Source of the DNA: a virus
Taxonomy: Duplodnaviria; Caudoviricetes
IMG/VR virus record: IMGVR_UViG_3300048016_000072
Location: 3,256-67,255 of that record
Reading direction: 5' to 3' (one strand)
Length of the DNA stretch: 64,000 nucleotides
Below the pieces are notes generated by a model, which ran no database searches, was not told where the DNA came from, and saw only the letters and a list, made by a program, of their open reading frames with translations. A program made the translations under genes and the position numbers. This document shows positions 49,065 through 58,560 of this stretch, piece after piece. How positions within the stretch are numbered: position 1 is the stretch's first letter; each line of letters begins with the position of its first letter.

Positions 49065-51011
49065 TTAAAAACCGAATAGTTCAAGCTGTCCTGTATTAGA
49101 CTGCTTTATGTTTGAGATATTCTCTATCTCTTTGTTAATACTATCAATATAGAACTGATAGTTGATGTCATCTGGTGTCTCAGTGTCATCGTCAATAAGA
49201 TTCATTTCAGTCAGTAACCATCTATCAGCAAGAACTTGGATAGCTCTACCAGATACTGGCTCTTTCTTTACAATCTTAGATCCTTTTGTACTAACATAGT
49301 ATCTGATAATCTTCTGAAGCTTTTCAAACTTCTCTTCACCATCAACAATACTATACTTTTCAAAGAACCACTTACCCTTTGCTTTAGCTCCACCACAGAA
49401 GTCTAAGAAGTTGGTATGATTACGAACATAATCTTCAGGCTTAACTCCATTAACAAAGTACTCATAGATACCTTTTGGTATTACAAGAAAGCTTTTGTTC
49501 TTGTGCAACGTTGATGCACTCTTTGAACTTAATGCTTCCCATTCAAAACGACCTTTGCACTTTGGTGTCTTACCTTCTTTCTTGTACATGGCAATGTAGT
49601 TGTTTACATCACCAATAATCATCTTCTTGTACTCATCATGTTCAAGCTGAAGCATTGTCTTTTTTTCCCATTCAGCACATACAAACATATAAATGTCAAC
49701 ATACTTTTCAGGAATCATCATCTCAAGACCATCTGTGTTTTGCATTAATGGTTGACAATCAGGTATTGCTTCTGCTAACATCTCATACAACATCGATAGT
49801 TGTAGTTGACCGTTTACAGTAATCTGCATGGTCATCTGTGGATCATACAAGAAACTATTCTCATCATTACTCAAACCATAAGTAGAGTTTAAGATAATCT
49901 TGTATACATAGTTCTTTGGGTCTGACTTTGGTATCTTCTTTCTTTCTTCAAAAAACCACTCATACAACTCTAAGAAATCTTTTTTTGGGAGATGTGCTGG
50001 TGCAAAACCGTTTCTAATAGCAAGGTTAGGATAGAAAGATGTTACGTCACTTGACATAATAGTCCATCCTGGTTTTGCTTCATAGATACCAGCTTTTGTT
50101 GCACCATGGATACCGCCAAGACCATAGTAGCTATCAACTCCTTTGTAGGTAACCTTATAATCTAAAGCCCCTTTTGTTTCCACTACAACTTTGCTTTTAA
50201 AGAAGTTAAGTAGATTGTTAAACTCAGGTGTTTTAAAGCTAATATAAGGCAGTATACAGTCCTCTAGTATAATTTGTTTTCTTGGCGTGCGTAGTTTTTT
50301 AAGCACGCTTTTTTCGATGCCTAACTTATTTGTTAAGAAGTATGCAAACAACTCTTTCGATATGCGTGGCTCAGATGCAGATAGTAAATCAATCTTGTAC
50401 TCTTTGCTTAAGCTAAGACGTAGATTAATCTGTTCTTTACTTATCTCCATGATGTTACGCGTACTCTCAACATCATTGACACAATAGTCTAATACCATTC
50501 GTTGAGTTTCCTCTGATGTTATAGGATCATTGTGATGATGTGGCATCTCAAGTACACTGAACCAATCCATACTATACTGAATCCACTTAAGACTACTCAT
50601 CTTTGCAGGATTATCCCAGTGGTTAAGCTTGAATACATCGATCTGCTTGATAGACAACTTGTATGGTGCATAGTCAAGCATCTCTTTTAACTCTTGCTTA
50701 TTGATTACTGTCTGAGCATAACCATAGATTATACGAGCAATAACTAAAGGTGAGAGACCTTTCCACTCTTGATGATTCTCAAGAACGTATTGTGTGATCT
50801 GACTGTCAAAGCCTAGACCGTTATATGATATATGATACTCTTTATTTTTAACGTTTTCTTTAAGAAAGTTAACGTAAGCATCAAAGTCATCTCTGAATTC
50901 TGATACCACAAAGTACTTACGCACCTTGTCATTCTTGTAATGGATGAAGACTGCGATGAAACAATTACAGATTGTCTCGTAGTCCATCACCCAGTGTGCT
51001 TTAGTTTTCAT
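49065..51011 (-). CDS. Family B DNA polymerase
   Basis: Exonuclease motifs DYET, YNGLGFD and YCVNDV. Polymerase motifs SDVTSFYP, KIILNSTYG, NTDG and K.KG. Confidence 0.93.
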   Translation of the reverse strand: MKTKAHWVMDYETICNCFIAVFIHYKNDKVRKYFVVSEFRDDFDAYVNFLKENVKNKEYHISYNGLGFDSQITQYVLENHQEWKGLSPLVIARIIYGYAQTVINKQELKEMLDYAPYKLSIKQIDVFKLNHWDNPAKMSSLKWIQYSMDWFSVLEMPHHHNDPITSEETQRMVLDYCVNDVESTRNIMEISKEQINLRLSLSKEYKIDLLSASEPRISKELFAYFLTNKLGIEKSVLKKLRTPRKQIILEDCILPYISFKTPEFNNLLNFFKSKVVVETKGALDYKVTYKGVDSYYGLGGIHGATKAGIYEAKPGWTIMSSDVTSFYPNLAIRNGFAPAHLPKKDFLELYEWFFEERKKIPKSDPKNYVYKIILNSTYGLSNDENSFLYDPQMTMQITVNGQLQLSMLYEMLAEAIPDCQPLMQNTDGLEMMIPEKYVDIYMFVCAEWEKKTMLQLEHDEYKKMIIGDVNNYIAMYKKEGKTPKCKGRFEWEALSSKSASTLHKNKSFLVIPKGIYEYFVNGVKPEDYVRNHTNFLDFCGGAKAKGKWFFEKYSIVDGEEKFEKLQKIIRYYVSTKGSKIVKKEPVSGRAIQVLADRWLLTEMNLIDDDTETPDDINYQFYIDSINKEIENISNIKQSNTGQLELFGF

Positions 51012-51054
51012 TATGCAAACATTCAGTTAAGCTGTTTCCCCGTGTATAGTGCAT

Positions 51055-51085
51055 AAAAAATGGGAGAAGCAAAACCTCTCCCATT
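51055..51085 (-). terminator. Intrinsic terminator upstream of polB
   Basis: AATGGGAGAG/TTCTCCCATT stem followed by a T tract. Confidence 0.75.
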
Positions 51086-51104
51086 AGTACATTTTGGACT
51101 TAAA

Positions 51105-51485
51105 CTATTTCTTTACTATCAAACCTCTATAATCAAAACTTATTGGTTGATCTTTGCTGCGCATTAAGTCAACAAAGTTTACTATCTCATCTGCATTATC
51201 AATGTAATACTCGTAAGATGATTCCATCAAACGTCTTTCTTCAGCAAAAGGAGTAAACTCTTCTGGATCTCCTGCTTTTTTCTTTACTGGTATAACTTTA
51301 CCGCGGTCATCTAACTTAGGTAAGAAGTGATACTTTTGTCTTTTCTCTTTTGAGATGACAGCTAAGATACCTTGAGAAGGATCATAGATACATTCTGCGA
51401 AAGGACACTCCATGTTGATAGGAATCATACGAAAACTATCAAGTTCTCCCCACTTAGAGGAGATGATAAACATATTATTTGCCAT
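51105..51485 (-). CDS. Hypothetical protein
   Basis: 126-aa ORF with AAAAACCAACCAAC leader. Confidence 0.75.
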   Translation of the reverse strand: MANNMFIISSKWGELDSFRMIPINMECPFAECIYDPSQGILAVISKEKRQKYHFLPKLDDRGKVIPVKKKAGDPEEFTPFAEERRLMESSYEYYIDNADEIVNFVDLMRSKDQPISFDYRGLIVKK

Positions 51486-51503
51486 AATGTTGGTTGGTTT
51501 TTA

Positions 51504-51535
51504 CAAATTAAACAGCTTTTTCTAAGATCTCCAAA
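51504..51535 (-). promoter_or_regulatory. Putative Bacteroidota-type promoter
   Basis: TTTG(GAGAT)-N20-TTAATTTG. Confidence 0.45.
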
Positions 51536-52083
51536 TCTGCAGTAACTAATGTTAATGTTTCTTTGTCTTGATCATACTTATCACATAACTCACCTATATC
51601 AATAAGTACTCTAACATCAACATCAAGTAAACTTGCGTAGTGATCAAAGTGGTATTCAGGGTATAAGTATGAGTTAATGTATGTGCACTCTTTTGGTTCT
51701 TTTCTAAAGAAGTAAAGGATATCTAGTTTAGCATCCTCATCAAGCATAGAATATTTACCATCGATAAAGCACTTCCAGTCTCTTCTCTTCTTTGTAAAGT
51801 TAAAGATAAAGATAATCCTATCGTTGTACTCTTCTCTTGATTCAAATAAAGGGGAAGCTGTTAGTACAGCCTCCGCCTTCTTGAACGCAGCGGATTTATT
51901 CCCTGCTTTGTAAACAACAATCAAACGCTTATCTTTTACAGCATATCTATCTTTCCATGCTATATATACATTCTCAGGTTGAGTCATTGACTTACGATCT
52001 GTAAGAACAAACGGTAATAAAAATGTCTTTGACTTCTGAAAGTATCTGCTATATAACGATGGTATCTTGTGTGCGTCTATCAT
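51508..52083 (-). CDS. Hypothetical protein (crAss-like replication block)
   Basis: 191 aa, KSKTFLLP..F..GKYS..YLYP. Confidence 0.75.
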   Translation of the reverse strand: MIDAHKIPSLYSRYFQKSKTFLLPFVLTDRKSMTQPENVYIAWKDRYAVKDKRLIVVYKAGNKSAAFKKAEAVLTASPLFESREEYNDRIIFIFNFTKKRRDWKCFIDGKYSMLDEDAKLDILYFFRKEPKECTYINSYLYPEYHFDHYASLLDVDVRVLIDIGELCDKYDQDKETLTLVTADLEILEKAV

Positions 52084-52100
52084 TGTATGTTGGTTTTATA

Positions 52101-53099
52101 CTACAAATATACTTTTTTACTAGCAAGTTCAAACGGAAGATAGTAGTTTCTTTCTTCGTAATGCCACTTAGCTTTGTTTAAAGTATCCATCATTCGTTCA
52201 GTCCATGCAATAATACTCTCAGCAGATACACCAAAGGCATATGTGCAGTAGTTTTTATCGATAGCTACGAAGTTAAACTCAATAGTGTATCCAATAAGAT
52301 GAGCATAGTTTTCATTAACTAACTGAACATAGATAGCAGCTTGCATCCAGTAATCATAATGCTCGATAGATCCATCAAAGTTAATAAGATCCTTTGATGT
52401 AGTCTTTAAGTCATTGATATAGATGATCTTCTTATTGTGATCGATAACTAAGTTGTCAATAATACCTTTAAGTCCAAACGGATAGTCTTTAAACTTATCG
52501 ATATAGAACATCTTTTCGTTTACTGTCTCAATATTACCAGACATGCTATCTAAGTGTAAGCCTAGTAGATCACAGATATCTGCATGACTCTTGATAGTAT
52601 TAACCGCTTCTGTACAGAATGTTAGAGTATCTTGATCGATTAGATCTTTGCCCTTCTTCATCTTTAAGAAAGACCAGTATACTTGATGGTCAAGTGTTAT
52701 TATCTTATCAAGACGTTGAGCATCAGTCTTTAAGTTCTGAAAGTAGTTCATGTCAGCCATGATATCTAAGATAGCTCCACCAAACTGATCAAGCTCTTCT
52801 CTTGAATCATCTTGTAACTGTTGCTTATGTGCAAACACTCTATCGATAACCATCTTTGCTTTTGCAGCAGGTAACTCAGTAGGCATTACGATATAGTTCT
52901 TTGTAATGCTATCCGGTTCTAAGATCAGATTATGTATAAGCTTACCCTTGATAAGGTGATCAGCAACAATCTCTTCTCTTATACCATTGATATATACGTC
53001 CTTAAAAGACTTTGGACTCCATAGTAATCTGCTAAGACTACTGTAACTAAACTGAAAAGGCTTCTCATAGAAGCTATTCATTAACATTTGCTCTTCCAT
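52101..53099 (-). CDS. PD-(D/E)XK exonuclease (Cas4/RecE-like)
   Basis: FSYSSL, G.LIH, E..KGIID..DLKTT, Y.MQAAIY. Start placed at MEEQ (53099) because the longer frame overlaps a separate small ORF. Confidence 0.85.
   Translation of the reverse strand: MEEQMLMNSFYEKPFQFSYSSLSRLLWSPKSFKDVYINGIREEIVADHLIKGKLIHNLILEPDSITKNYIVMPTELPAAKAKMVIDRVFAHKQQLQDDSREELDQFGGAILDIMADMNYFQNLKTDAQRLDKIITLDHQVYWSFLKMKKGKDLIDQDTLTFCTEAVNTIKSHADICDLLGLHLDSMSGNIETVNEKMFYIDKFKDYPFGLKGIIDNLVIDHNKKIIYINDLKTTSKDLINFDGSIEHYDYWMQAAIYVQLVNENYAHLIGYTIEFNFVAIDKNYCTYAFGVSAESIIAWTERMMDTLNKAKWHYEERNYYLPFELASKKVYL
52104..52133 (-). promoter_or_regulatory. Putative Bacteroidota-type promoter
   Basis: TTTG-N18-TATATTTG. Confidence 0.5.
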
Positions 53100-53100
53100 A

Positions 53101-53280
53101 TTAGATGCCAGTTGATTCATTGTTGTGATCATGCTCTTCTTGTTTTGACCAGTATCCTTGCTGATACATATAGTTACGTATCTCAGCACCTGTAATCTTG
53201 TCATTTGTTGTTGACTCTATTCTTTCAAGAAAGCCAATCAAATCAACGCAAGCTTCTTCAATGTTTTTATTGTCCGCCAT
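53101..53280 (-). CDS. Small hypothetical protein (59 aa, MADNKNIEEACVDL...), not in ORF track
   Basis: Translated by hand. Tiles the operon and its stop lies 1 nt before the nuclease ATG. Confidence 0.6.
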   Translation of the reverse strand: MADNKNIEEACVDLIGFLERIESTTNDKITGAEIRNYMYQQGYWSKQEEHDHNNESTGI

Positions 53281-53440
53281 GTTTTTGTTGTTTAAGTTGT
53301 TCTGCTACCTCTTCTGGTAGATAGCCTAATAGATTTTTCTTTGGAAGGTACTCAAGTAGCTCATAGATAGCTGTTACATCCTGCATCGCAAAGTCTTCCT
53401 TCATCTGTTCTATAACAGCTTCAATAATTGGGTCTTCCAT
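53267..53440 (-). CDS. Small hypothetical protein (57 aa, MEDPIIEAVIEQMKEDF...), not in ORF track
   Basis: Translated by hand. Starts 1 nt after the upstream stop. Confidence 0.65.
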   Translation of the reverse strand: MEDPIIEAVIEQMKEDFAMQDVTAIYELLEYLPKKNLLGYLPEEVAEQLKQQKHGGQ

Positions 53441-53441
53441 A

Positions 53442-53786
53442 TTAACTGTATTTTTCTTCCATCATTATAAGAGCATCTCTTTTTGTTTGTGCTTTTACTG
53501 ATGTACCAACTTTCTTTGAACCTACACTAGTTTCTAATACACCTCGCCATATTTTTGAGTTGAACCTATCTTGTTCTAGTGTCCATAAATCTCCACAGAG
53601 AGTTACTCTGTATATACCTGGTTTTACAAGAACAATACTTCTGTTGTCACTAGGTCTTAGTTTTTTTGTCTGCATTACAACATAACTTTCTAATAAGTCT
53701 GCTATGCGTTTTAACTCATGATGGATACCTGGTATATTTGTTGATATCAGCTTTTGACCCATCAGTGTCTCATGTAGTTGTGCCAT
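53442..53786 (-). CDS. Hypothetical protein
   Basis: 114 aa, LHETLMGQK..ELKRIADLLE N-terminus. Confidence 0.7.
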   Translation of the reverse strand: MAQLHETLMGQKLISTNIPGIHHELKRIADLLESYVVMQTKKLRPSDNRSIVLVKPGIYRVTLCGDLWTLEQDRFNSKIWRGVLETSVGSKKVGTSVKAQTKRDALIMMEEKYS

Positions 53787-53797
53787 AATAATTCTGT

Positions 53798-54241
53798 TTA
53801 TTCCATATCACGACCATACCATTTACCTAGTATGTTTCCGTTATAGGAGTTAGTTCTTAATACGTCTAACTTAACTTGCCAAGCAAACTCAGCATATGTC
53901 AAGTACTTCTTTGTTTTGCATAGCTCTAAGATTTCTCTTGAGAAGTGCTCAACTCCGAGTAACTTAACATCTGCTGATAGTTCTTTGCTTGATCCATAAT
54001 ACTTTAACCAGTCAGACTCTTTCTTTATATACTCGAATGTCTTTCTCGTTTTTGTTTCTGCTTTACTACGAGCTGAGATTTTCTTCTTCTTTGTATGGTA
54101 CAAAGACTTCTTACCTATATAGATCTGACCTGTTGTTAGATTAGTGATCTTATAGACGAATCCTTCTAGTTCATGGTAATTAGGAAGCTTATCAAGAGAA
54201 GTGATAGCTTTACGCTTGTGCATCCAAGTTGTTTGACTCAT
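53798..54241 (-). CDS. GIY-YIG endonuclease (Seg-like)
   Basis: GFVYKITN..YIGKK..W.KYYGS..REIL..E..YN. Confidence 0.88.
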   Translation of the reverse strand: MSQTTWMHKRKAITSLDKLPNYHELEGFVYKITNLTTGQIYIGKKSLYHTKKKKISARSKAETKTRKTFEYIKKESDWLKYYGSSKELSADVKLLGVEHFSREILELCKTKKYLTYAEFAWQVKLDVLRTNSYNGNILGKWYGRDME

Positions 54242-55220
54242 TATCTACTACGTGTTTTGTTATTAAAGGGACTAAATTGATCATTACTTCTCTAGGTCCA
54301 AAGTCTCTAATAGCATCAGCTAAATCTTTGCTCATCTTTAAATGAACATAAGGTATATCATAGTGCTCTTGATACTTCTTCATTGCCCGAAGTCCTGCCT
54401 CATCGTTGTCAAAGATAGTAATAATCTTCTTATATTGATTCTTATACTTATCAATGACTTCTTGCTTTATCATTGTGTTCTCAGAGTCTGGTGCAATCAC
54501 ATCGACACTAAGCTTTAATGATTTTAATGCCATCAAGTCTTTAAGACTAGAGGTAATAACTAAGTAATCATGTCCTTTTAGTTGCTCTGAACCTTGTATA
54601 TAGTTCGCAACCTTAATAAACTTCTTATCCTTTACAGTGGGTTGGTATATCTTGTATACCTGACTGTCACTTGTAAAGTAGCCATACAAATGCTTGCCTA
54701 ATATCTCAAGCTCTTTGTTTTGACCGTCTTCTTCTTTAGCCATAATGTAGGATTGTAAGGGCCTAACATTATGCTCATCAAGTAATCTACTGCCTATGTT
54801 AAACTTAGTCCAGTAGTATTGATCTGCTGTTGTCCAGGGCCGTGTAGTTGTATCTTTAACACGGTATTTACTATAGCTTTTAAACTCTTGAACATCAAAG
54901 CCTCCATTATTATGTAAGATAAACTCATTGTAATCTTCAATAATAGTTCCGCTTGCCTGTCCAAAGCTACACTGGTACAAATGCTTTACTAAATCAATAG
55001 CTCCTCCGCCTGTATCTGTTGAGAAGTCCTTAAACTTATAGATACTTTTCTTCTGATCAAAGTAGATACACATACTTGGTGTACGTTCCTTTGGATTGAA
55101 AAGACTCTTTACCTTAAGATCTTGACCAACAAGCTTATCAGGAAGCTTGCAATAGTGCTCGAATATCCATGTTGATGGTACGAGCTTGACATCTGAGATT
55201 AAGTTTTTTGTACTTAGCAT
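54210..55220 (-). CDS. DNA primase (DnaG/TOPRIM)
   Basis: ERTPS..FKDFS N-terminal domain, ITSSLKD, FDNDEAG, SKDLAD. Confidence 0.88.
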   Translation of the reverse strand: MLSTKNLISDVKLVPSTWIFEHYCKLPDKLVGQDLKVKSLFNPKERTPSMCIYFDQKKSIYKFKDFSTDTGGGAIDLVKHLYQCSFGQASGTIIEDYNEFILHNNGGFDVQEFKSYSKYRVKDTTTRPWTTADQYYWTKFNIGSRLLDEHNVRPLQSYIMAKEEDGQNKELEILGKHLYGYFTSDSQVYKIYQPTVKDKKFIKVANYIQGSEQLKGHDYLVITSSLKDLMALKSLKLSVDVIAPDSENTMIKQEVIDKYKNQYKKIITIFDNDEAGLRAMKKYQEHYDIPYVHLKMSKDLADAIRDFGPREVMINLVPLITKHVVDNESNNLDAQA

Positions 55221-55241
55221 AACCTGTTGTAATTAAAGGAG

Positions 55242-55275
55242 AAAAAAGAAGGGCAGAGATAAAATCCCCACCCTT
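55242..55275 (-). terminator. Intrinsic terminator after ssb-like gene
   Basis: AAGGGTGGGGAT-TTT-ATCTCTGCCCTT then CT6. Three G-U pairs fix the minus-strand orientation. Confidence 0.8.
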
Positions 55276-55299
55276 TCTTACATCACCTAACCACTAATA

Positions 55300-55992
55300 T
55301 TATAAGCTGAAATCGTTGTTTGGTTCGAAACCTGCAACCTGCTTATCTTCTTTTGGTTCACTAACATGTAGTGACTTATCAAAAGCAATAAGATCAGCTT
55401 CATTACCCTTTAACACATAAGCTTTCTTTCCTGTCTTATCATACGGTAAGAACAAGTCATATGCAGTATAACCTTTTGCATTCTTGTATCCGCTTGCTGC
55501 AATAGTGAATACCATTGAACGGTTAGCAAAGATCTTTGATACTGCATCAACGTGATCAAAGATAGTAGATGCTGCAATATTATCAACAGCTTCTCTAATA
55601 GGAGCACCTAAAGTGTTTGCTAAGTTGATAACTGCTTGTAAATACTCATTGTCACGCTTATTATTGATAGTCTTTGTAGTACCATCTGGCATATTACGAG
55701 TAACAGTGCTATCCTTCATTGGGTAAGCTTTGTACTTGATGCGACCTATCTGACCTAAGTGACGAGGGCTTGAAGGATCGTTAGGGTTAATAAAGAAACC
55801 TTGGAAGTTTGGATCTGTTACTGCTGGAGTTTCAATGTTTAACACTAAAGCAACTGAACCATCAGTATCAAAACTACGGTTCTTTGTTAACTGAACATTA
55901 AGGATACGTGCTTCTGTTGTTCCTGGTCCTACGATTGGGCTAGTCTTTGTTCCTTTTTCTTCTACTGCTGCAAAATCTTTTGTACTAATCAT
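55300..55992 (-). CDS. Putative single-stranded DNA-binding protein
   Basis: Lies between a Sak4-like ATPase and the primase, is beta-rich, and has an acidic/aromatic tail (FEPNNDFSL). Confidence 0.55.
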   Translation of the reverse strand: MISTKDFAAVEEKGTKTSPIVGPGTTEARILNVQLTKNRSFDTDGSVALVLNIETPAVTDPNFQGFFINPNDPSSPRHLGQIGRIKYKAYPMKDSTVTRNMPDGTTKTINNKRDNEYLQAVINLANTLGAPIREAVDNIAASTIFDHVDAVSKIFANRSMVFTIAASGYKNAKGYTAYDLFLPYDKTGKKAYVLKGNEADLIAFDKSLHVSEPKEDKQVAGFEPNNDFSL

Positions 55993-56022
55993 GATTGTTT
56001 TTGTTTATTATTGTTGTTTACA

Positions 56023-56763
56023 TTAAATGAATACTTGGTCCCAATATGTTACCAGACCGGTTGGTGTCATCTCTGATACCATAAACTCTTCATCTCTTAA
56101 GTGAGTTGGTCTAGCCCCACATGAGATTTCATCTGTTGTTTTAAAGCTCAGGAAGTTTTGCTTTCCCTTGCGATATAGATACCCAATAGCATCTGAGTTA
56201 GATGTAGTGATACGCTTAAGCTTACCTGTTAGATCTAAGTCAAGAACATTTACTTCTGCTCCGTTCTTTTCTAACATTGTATCTTTAACGTGTCCAACTA
56301 AAATAATGTGAGGAGCAAGAGTCTTGATGTAATCAATAACCTTTGTGAATGCCTCACGTAACCACGGATAACCCGCGCCGTTTGGTAAGTTCAATAAGCT
56401 TGTATACTTAGGCTTACCTTCTGTTAACCAGTTCTTTCCCATTGAAGTCTTTCCATATAACTCTTCTGCGAATGGTAAACAGATGTCTTCAAGTGCAGTG
56501 ATTGTATCTACTGCGATGTACTTATACGGTTTATTTGCTTTTAAGATCTGCTCACCGATGGCTTTTATGTCTCTAACAGATGTTGCCTTGATCTTTAATG
56601 CATCAACATAGTCAGTACCACTCTCAAGGTCTAAGATTAGACAATCAGGTAGTCCTGCTAGTAACTCAGTCTTGCCAACTTTTGGCTTTGCGAATATAAC
56701 AAGATTCTTTGGATTCTTTACTTCAGCTTTAACTTTATCTATAGGTAATGTGAACTCTTCCAT
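56023..56763 (-). CDS. AAA_24/Sak4-like ATPase
   Basis: AKPKVGKT Walker A, LDLESG, VDTIT, LVGH, DAIGY. Confidence 0.88.
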   Translation of the reverse strand: MEEFTLPIDKVKAEVKNPKNLVIFAKPKVGKTELLAGLPDCLILDLESGTDYVDALKIKATSVRDIKAIGEQILKANKPYKYIAVDTITALEDICLPFAEELYGKTSMGKNWLTEGKPKYTSLLNLPNGAGYPWLREAFTKVIDYIKTLAPHIILVGHVKDTMLEKNGAEVNVLDLDLTGKLKRITTSNSDAIGYLYRKGKQNFLSFKTTDEISCGARPTHLRDEEFMVSEMTPTGLVTYWDQVFI

Positions 56764-57512
56764 TATTTGCTTCTTTTTTGTTTTACTTTATTTATTGCTT
56801 GATTAAGATAATCTTTTGAGCTTATTGGCTCACACTGAATGATTGCAAGCAAGTCAAGTACACTAAGGTTACTATAGTGTTGGTCTTCTGCTTTGAAATC
56901 ATTTGATGATAACTGCTCTAACTCAAAGTCAAGCGATGCTTGTTTTGGTAGTTCAGGTTCATCTTGTAACGGTGCATATGCATGCTGTACTCTTGTTGCG
57001 CAAGACTGTTGTACAGTAGATACCGAAGATCTTGTTAGATTAACTGGTATAAGATCTATTAAAGGAACACTATACAATCTATTCTCTACGGCATCTGGTA
57101 AGTTATTAGCGTTAACATTTGCTAATGGATACTGTTCCCAGTAAGCACAATCTGTATCTACAGTAAATAAGATGCGCTCATCCATTGCCACATAACCTTT
57201 CTTATCATCTGAAGACTTCAAGATCTCAAAGAAGAAGTTACGTCTAAACTGATTACCATAGATATTTACTGAATCTAGGTCTGTTGTGGCGTCATGCCAA
57301 ATAGTTTTAAACTCAACCTTTGCGTTTGGGAAACCATAGTCAGCTAAAGCATCTTTGTGAAATTGTGTTAGCTTACTATACAACTGTTTCTTCTCGTCGA
57401 TAGTCATGTTTGTTTTACCAAGTACATTCGGGCCTAAGTCAGGCACTGCTTTTGGGACTGAGTTCAGTATACTAAACTGTCCTTTTAATTGATTCATCAT
57501 ATTTATTAACAT
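56763..57512 (-). CDS. Hypothetical protein
   Basis: 249 aa between the ATPase and helicase, C-terminal AII..PIS.K.YLN motif. Confidence 0.7.
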   Translation of the reverse strand: MLINMMNQLKGQFSILNSVPKAVPDLGPNVLGKTNMTIDEKKQLYSKLTQFHKDALADYGFPNAKVEFKTIWHDATTDLDSVNIYGNQFRRNFFFEILKSSDDKKGYVAMDERILFTVDTDCAYWEQYPLANVNANNLPDAVENRLYSVPLIDLIPVNLTRSSVSTVQQSCATRVQHAYAPLQDEPELPKQASLDFELEQLSSNDFKAEDQHYSNLSVLDLLAIIQCEPISSKDYLNQAINKVKQKRSK

Positions 57513-57514
57513 TA

Positions 57515-58522
57515 TTAAGGATTTACTACTCTTCTTCTAGTACTGATAGCATCAACATCTCTATCAGGTTCAGGACATTCAATAAACTTGTTAGCTGCAA
57601 AGTCACCCCTAAAGAATAACACAGCATCTGATTTACCATCTCTAGCTTTTAGTACGTGAACAGCAACGTGGTCTTGTTCTACTTTGTACTTATTAGGGCC
57701 GTAAATCATTAGGTTCTTTTCAAAAGGTCTGTCTAGTGCAAGCATTAAGTCAGCATGGTTATACAAAGCATCACCACCATAGATATCTGATGTATTAGGA
57801 TAGTTACCAGCCTTACCTGGTTGACGTCTCTCATTACTCTCGATATCTCTGTTCATCTGATTAAGAACGATAAACAAGCATGGTATTGCTTTCTTTAACT
57901 CAGTCATCATAGTACCAAGGTTATGGAGCATTGCAAGCTCACTCTTCTCAGTACCCATCATTACAAGATAACTATGGTCAATAGTGATAATCATTGGCTT
58001 ACGATGCTTCGTCCACATGGCAAGTATATATGCTCTAATATTAGAGACAGTACACCTCTTTGTAATGACAAAGATCTTATCAGCACCTCCTGATTTTTCT
58101 TTCTTGTAGTCTACATAACCTTTAAGAAAGCTGACAACACTGTCATCAAGTTTCTTCTTTGCACTAGCAAGTTCCTTTACGGATAAGCCTGTCTTCTGAC
58201 TATACTCTCTCAAGGCAATCTTCTCGTCTGTCATCTCAAACTGAAAGTCAAGTACGATAAAATCCTGTGTTGGGTTTAAGTCATGAACACTTCTTGTTAA
58301 CTCAAGCATGAAGGTAGTCTTACCACCTCCTGATCTGGCAGCAACAACAGAGATAGTTCCCCACTCAAATCCTCCCATGGTCACATCGTTGATTGTGTTC
58401 CAAGGTGTTTTGACTGATTTGATCTGTCCTGTTTTGCGCTTCTCAATGTAGTCTAAGCCCTTTTGGTTTATGACCGATAAGGGTACTACGTCGTCTAAAA
58501 TGTCTGTTAGTTGTGAGCTCAT
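57515..58522 (-). CDS. dnaB: DnaB-like replicative helicase
   Basis: ARSGGGKT, FQFEM, IDH, LNQMNR, DIYGGD, KARDG. Confidence 0.9.
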   Translation of the reverse strand: MSSQLTDILDDVVPLSVINQKGLDYIEKRKTGQIKSVKTPWNTINDVTMGGFEWGTISVVAARSGGGKTTFMLELTRSVHDLNPTQDFIVLDFQFEMTDEKIALREYSQKTGLSVKELASAKKKLDDSVVSFLKGYVDYKKEKSGGADKIFVITKRCTVSNIRAYILAMWTKHRKPMIITIDHSYLVMMGTEKSELAMLHNLGTMMTELKKAIPCLFIVLNQMNRDIESNERRQPGKAGNYPNTSDIYGGDALYNHADLMLALDRPFEKNLMIYGPNKYKVEQDHVAVHVLKARDGKSDAVLFFRGDFAANKFIECPEPDRDVDAISTRRRVVNP

Positions 58523-58560
58523 AGGAAGATAAAAATACGAAAAAGTTACTGCATTTACAA

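Noticed and set aside
53100-53204. N-terminal extension of the PD-(D/E)XK ORF given in the track
   Set aside because: The region is better explained by the separate 59-aa ORF 53101..53280, with the nuclease starting at 53099
55000-55220. Primase Zn-finger lacking canonical cysteines as a novelty
   Set aside because: Degenerate CHC2 domains are, to my knowledge, common in crAss-like primases
34429-58522. Inteins or group I introns in RNAP, PolB, primase or helicase
   Set aside because: No splice-junction or LAGLIDADG motifs were seen, the replication proteins are compact, and the RNAP insertion is a plain coiled coil
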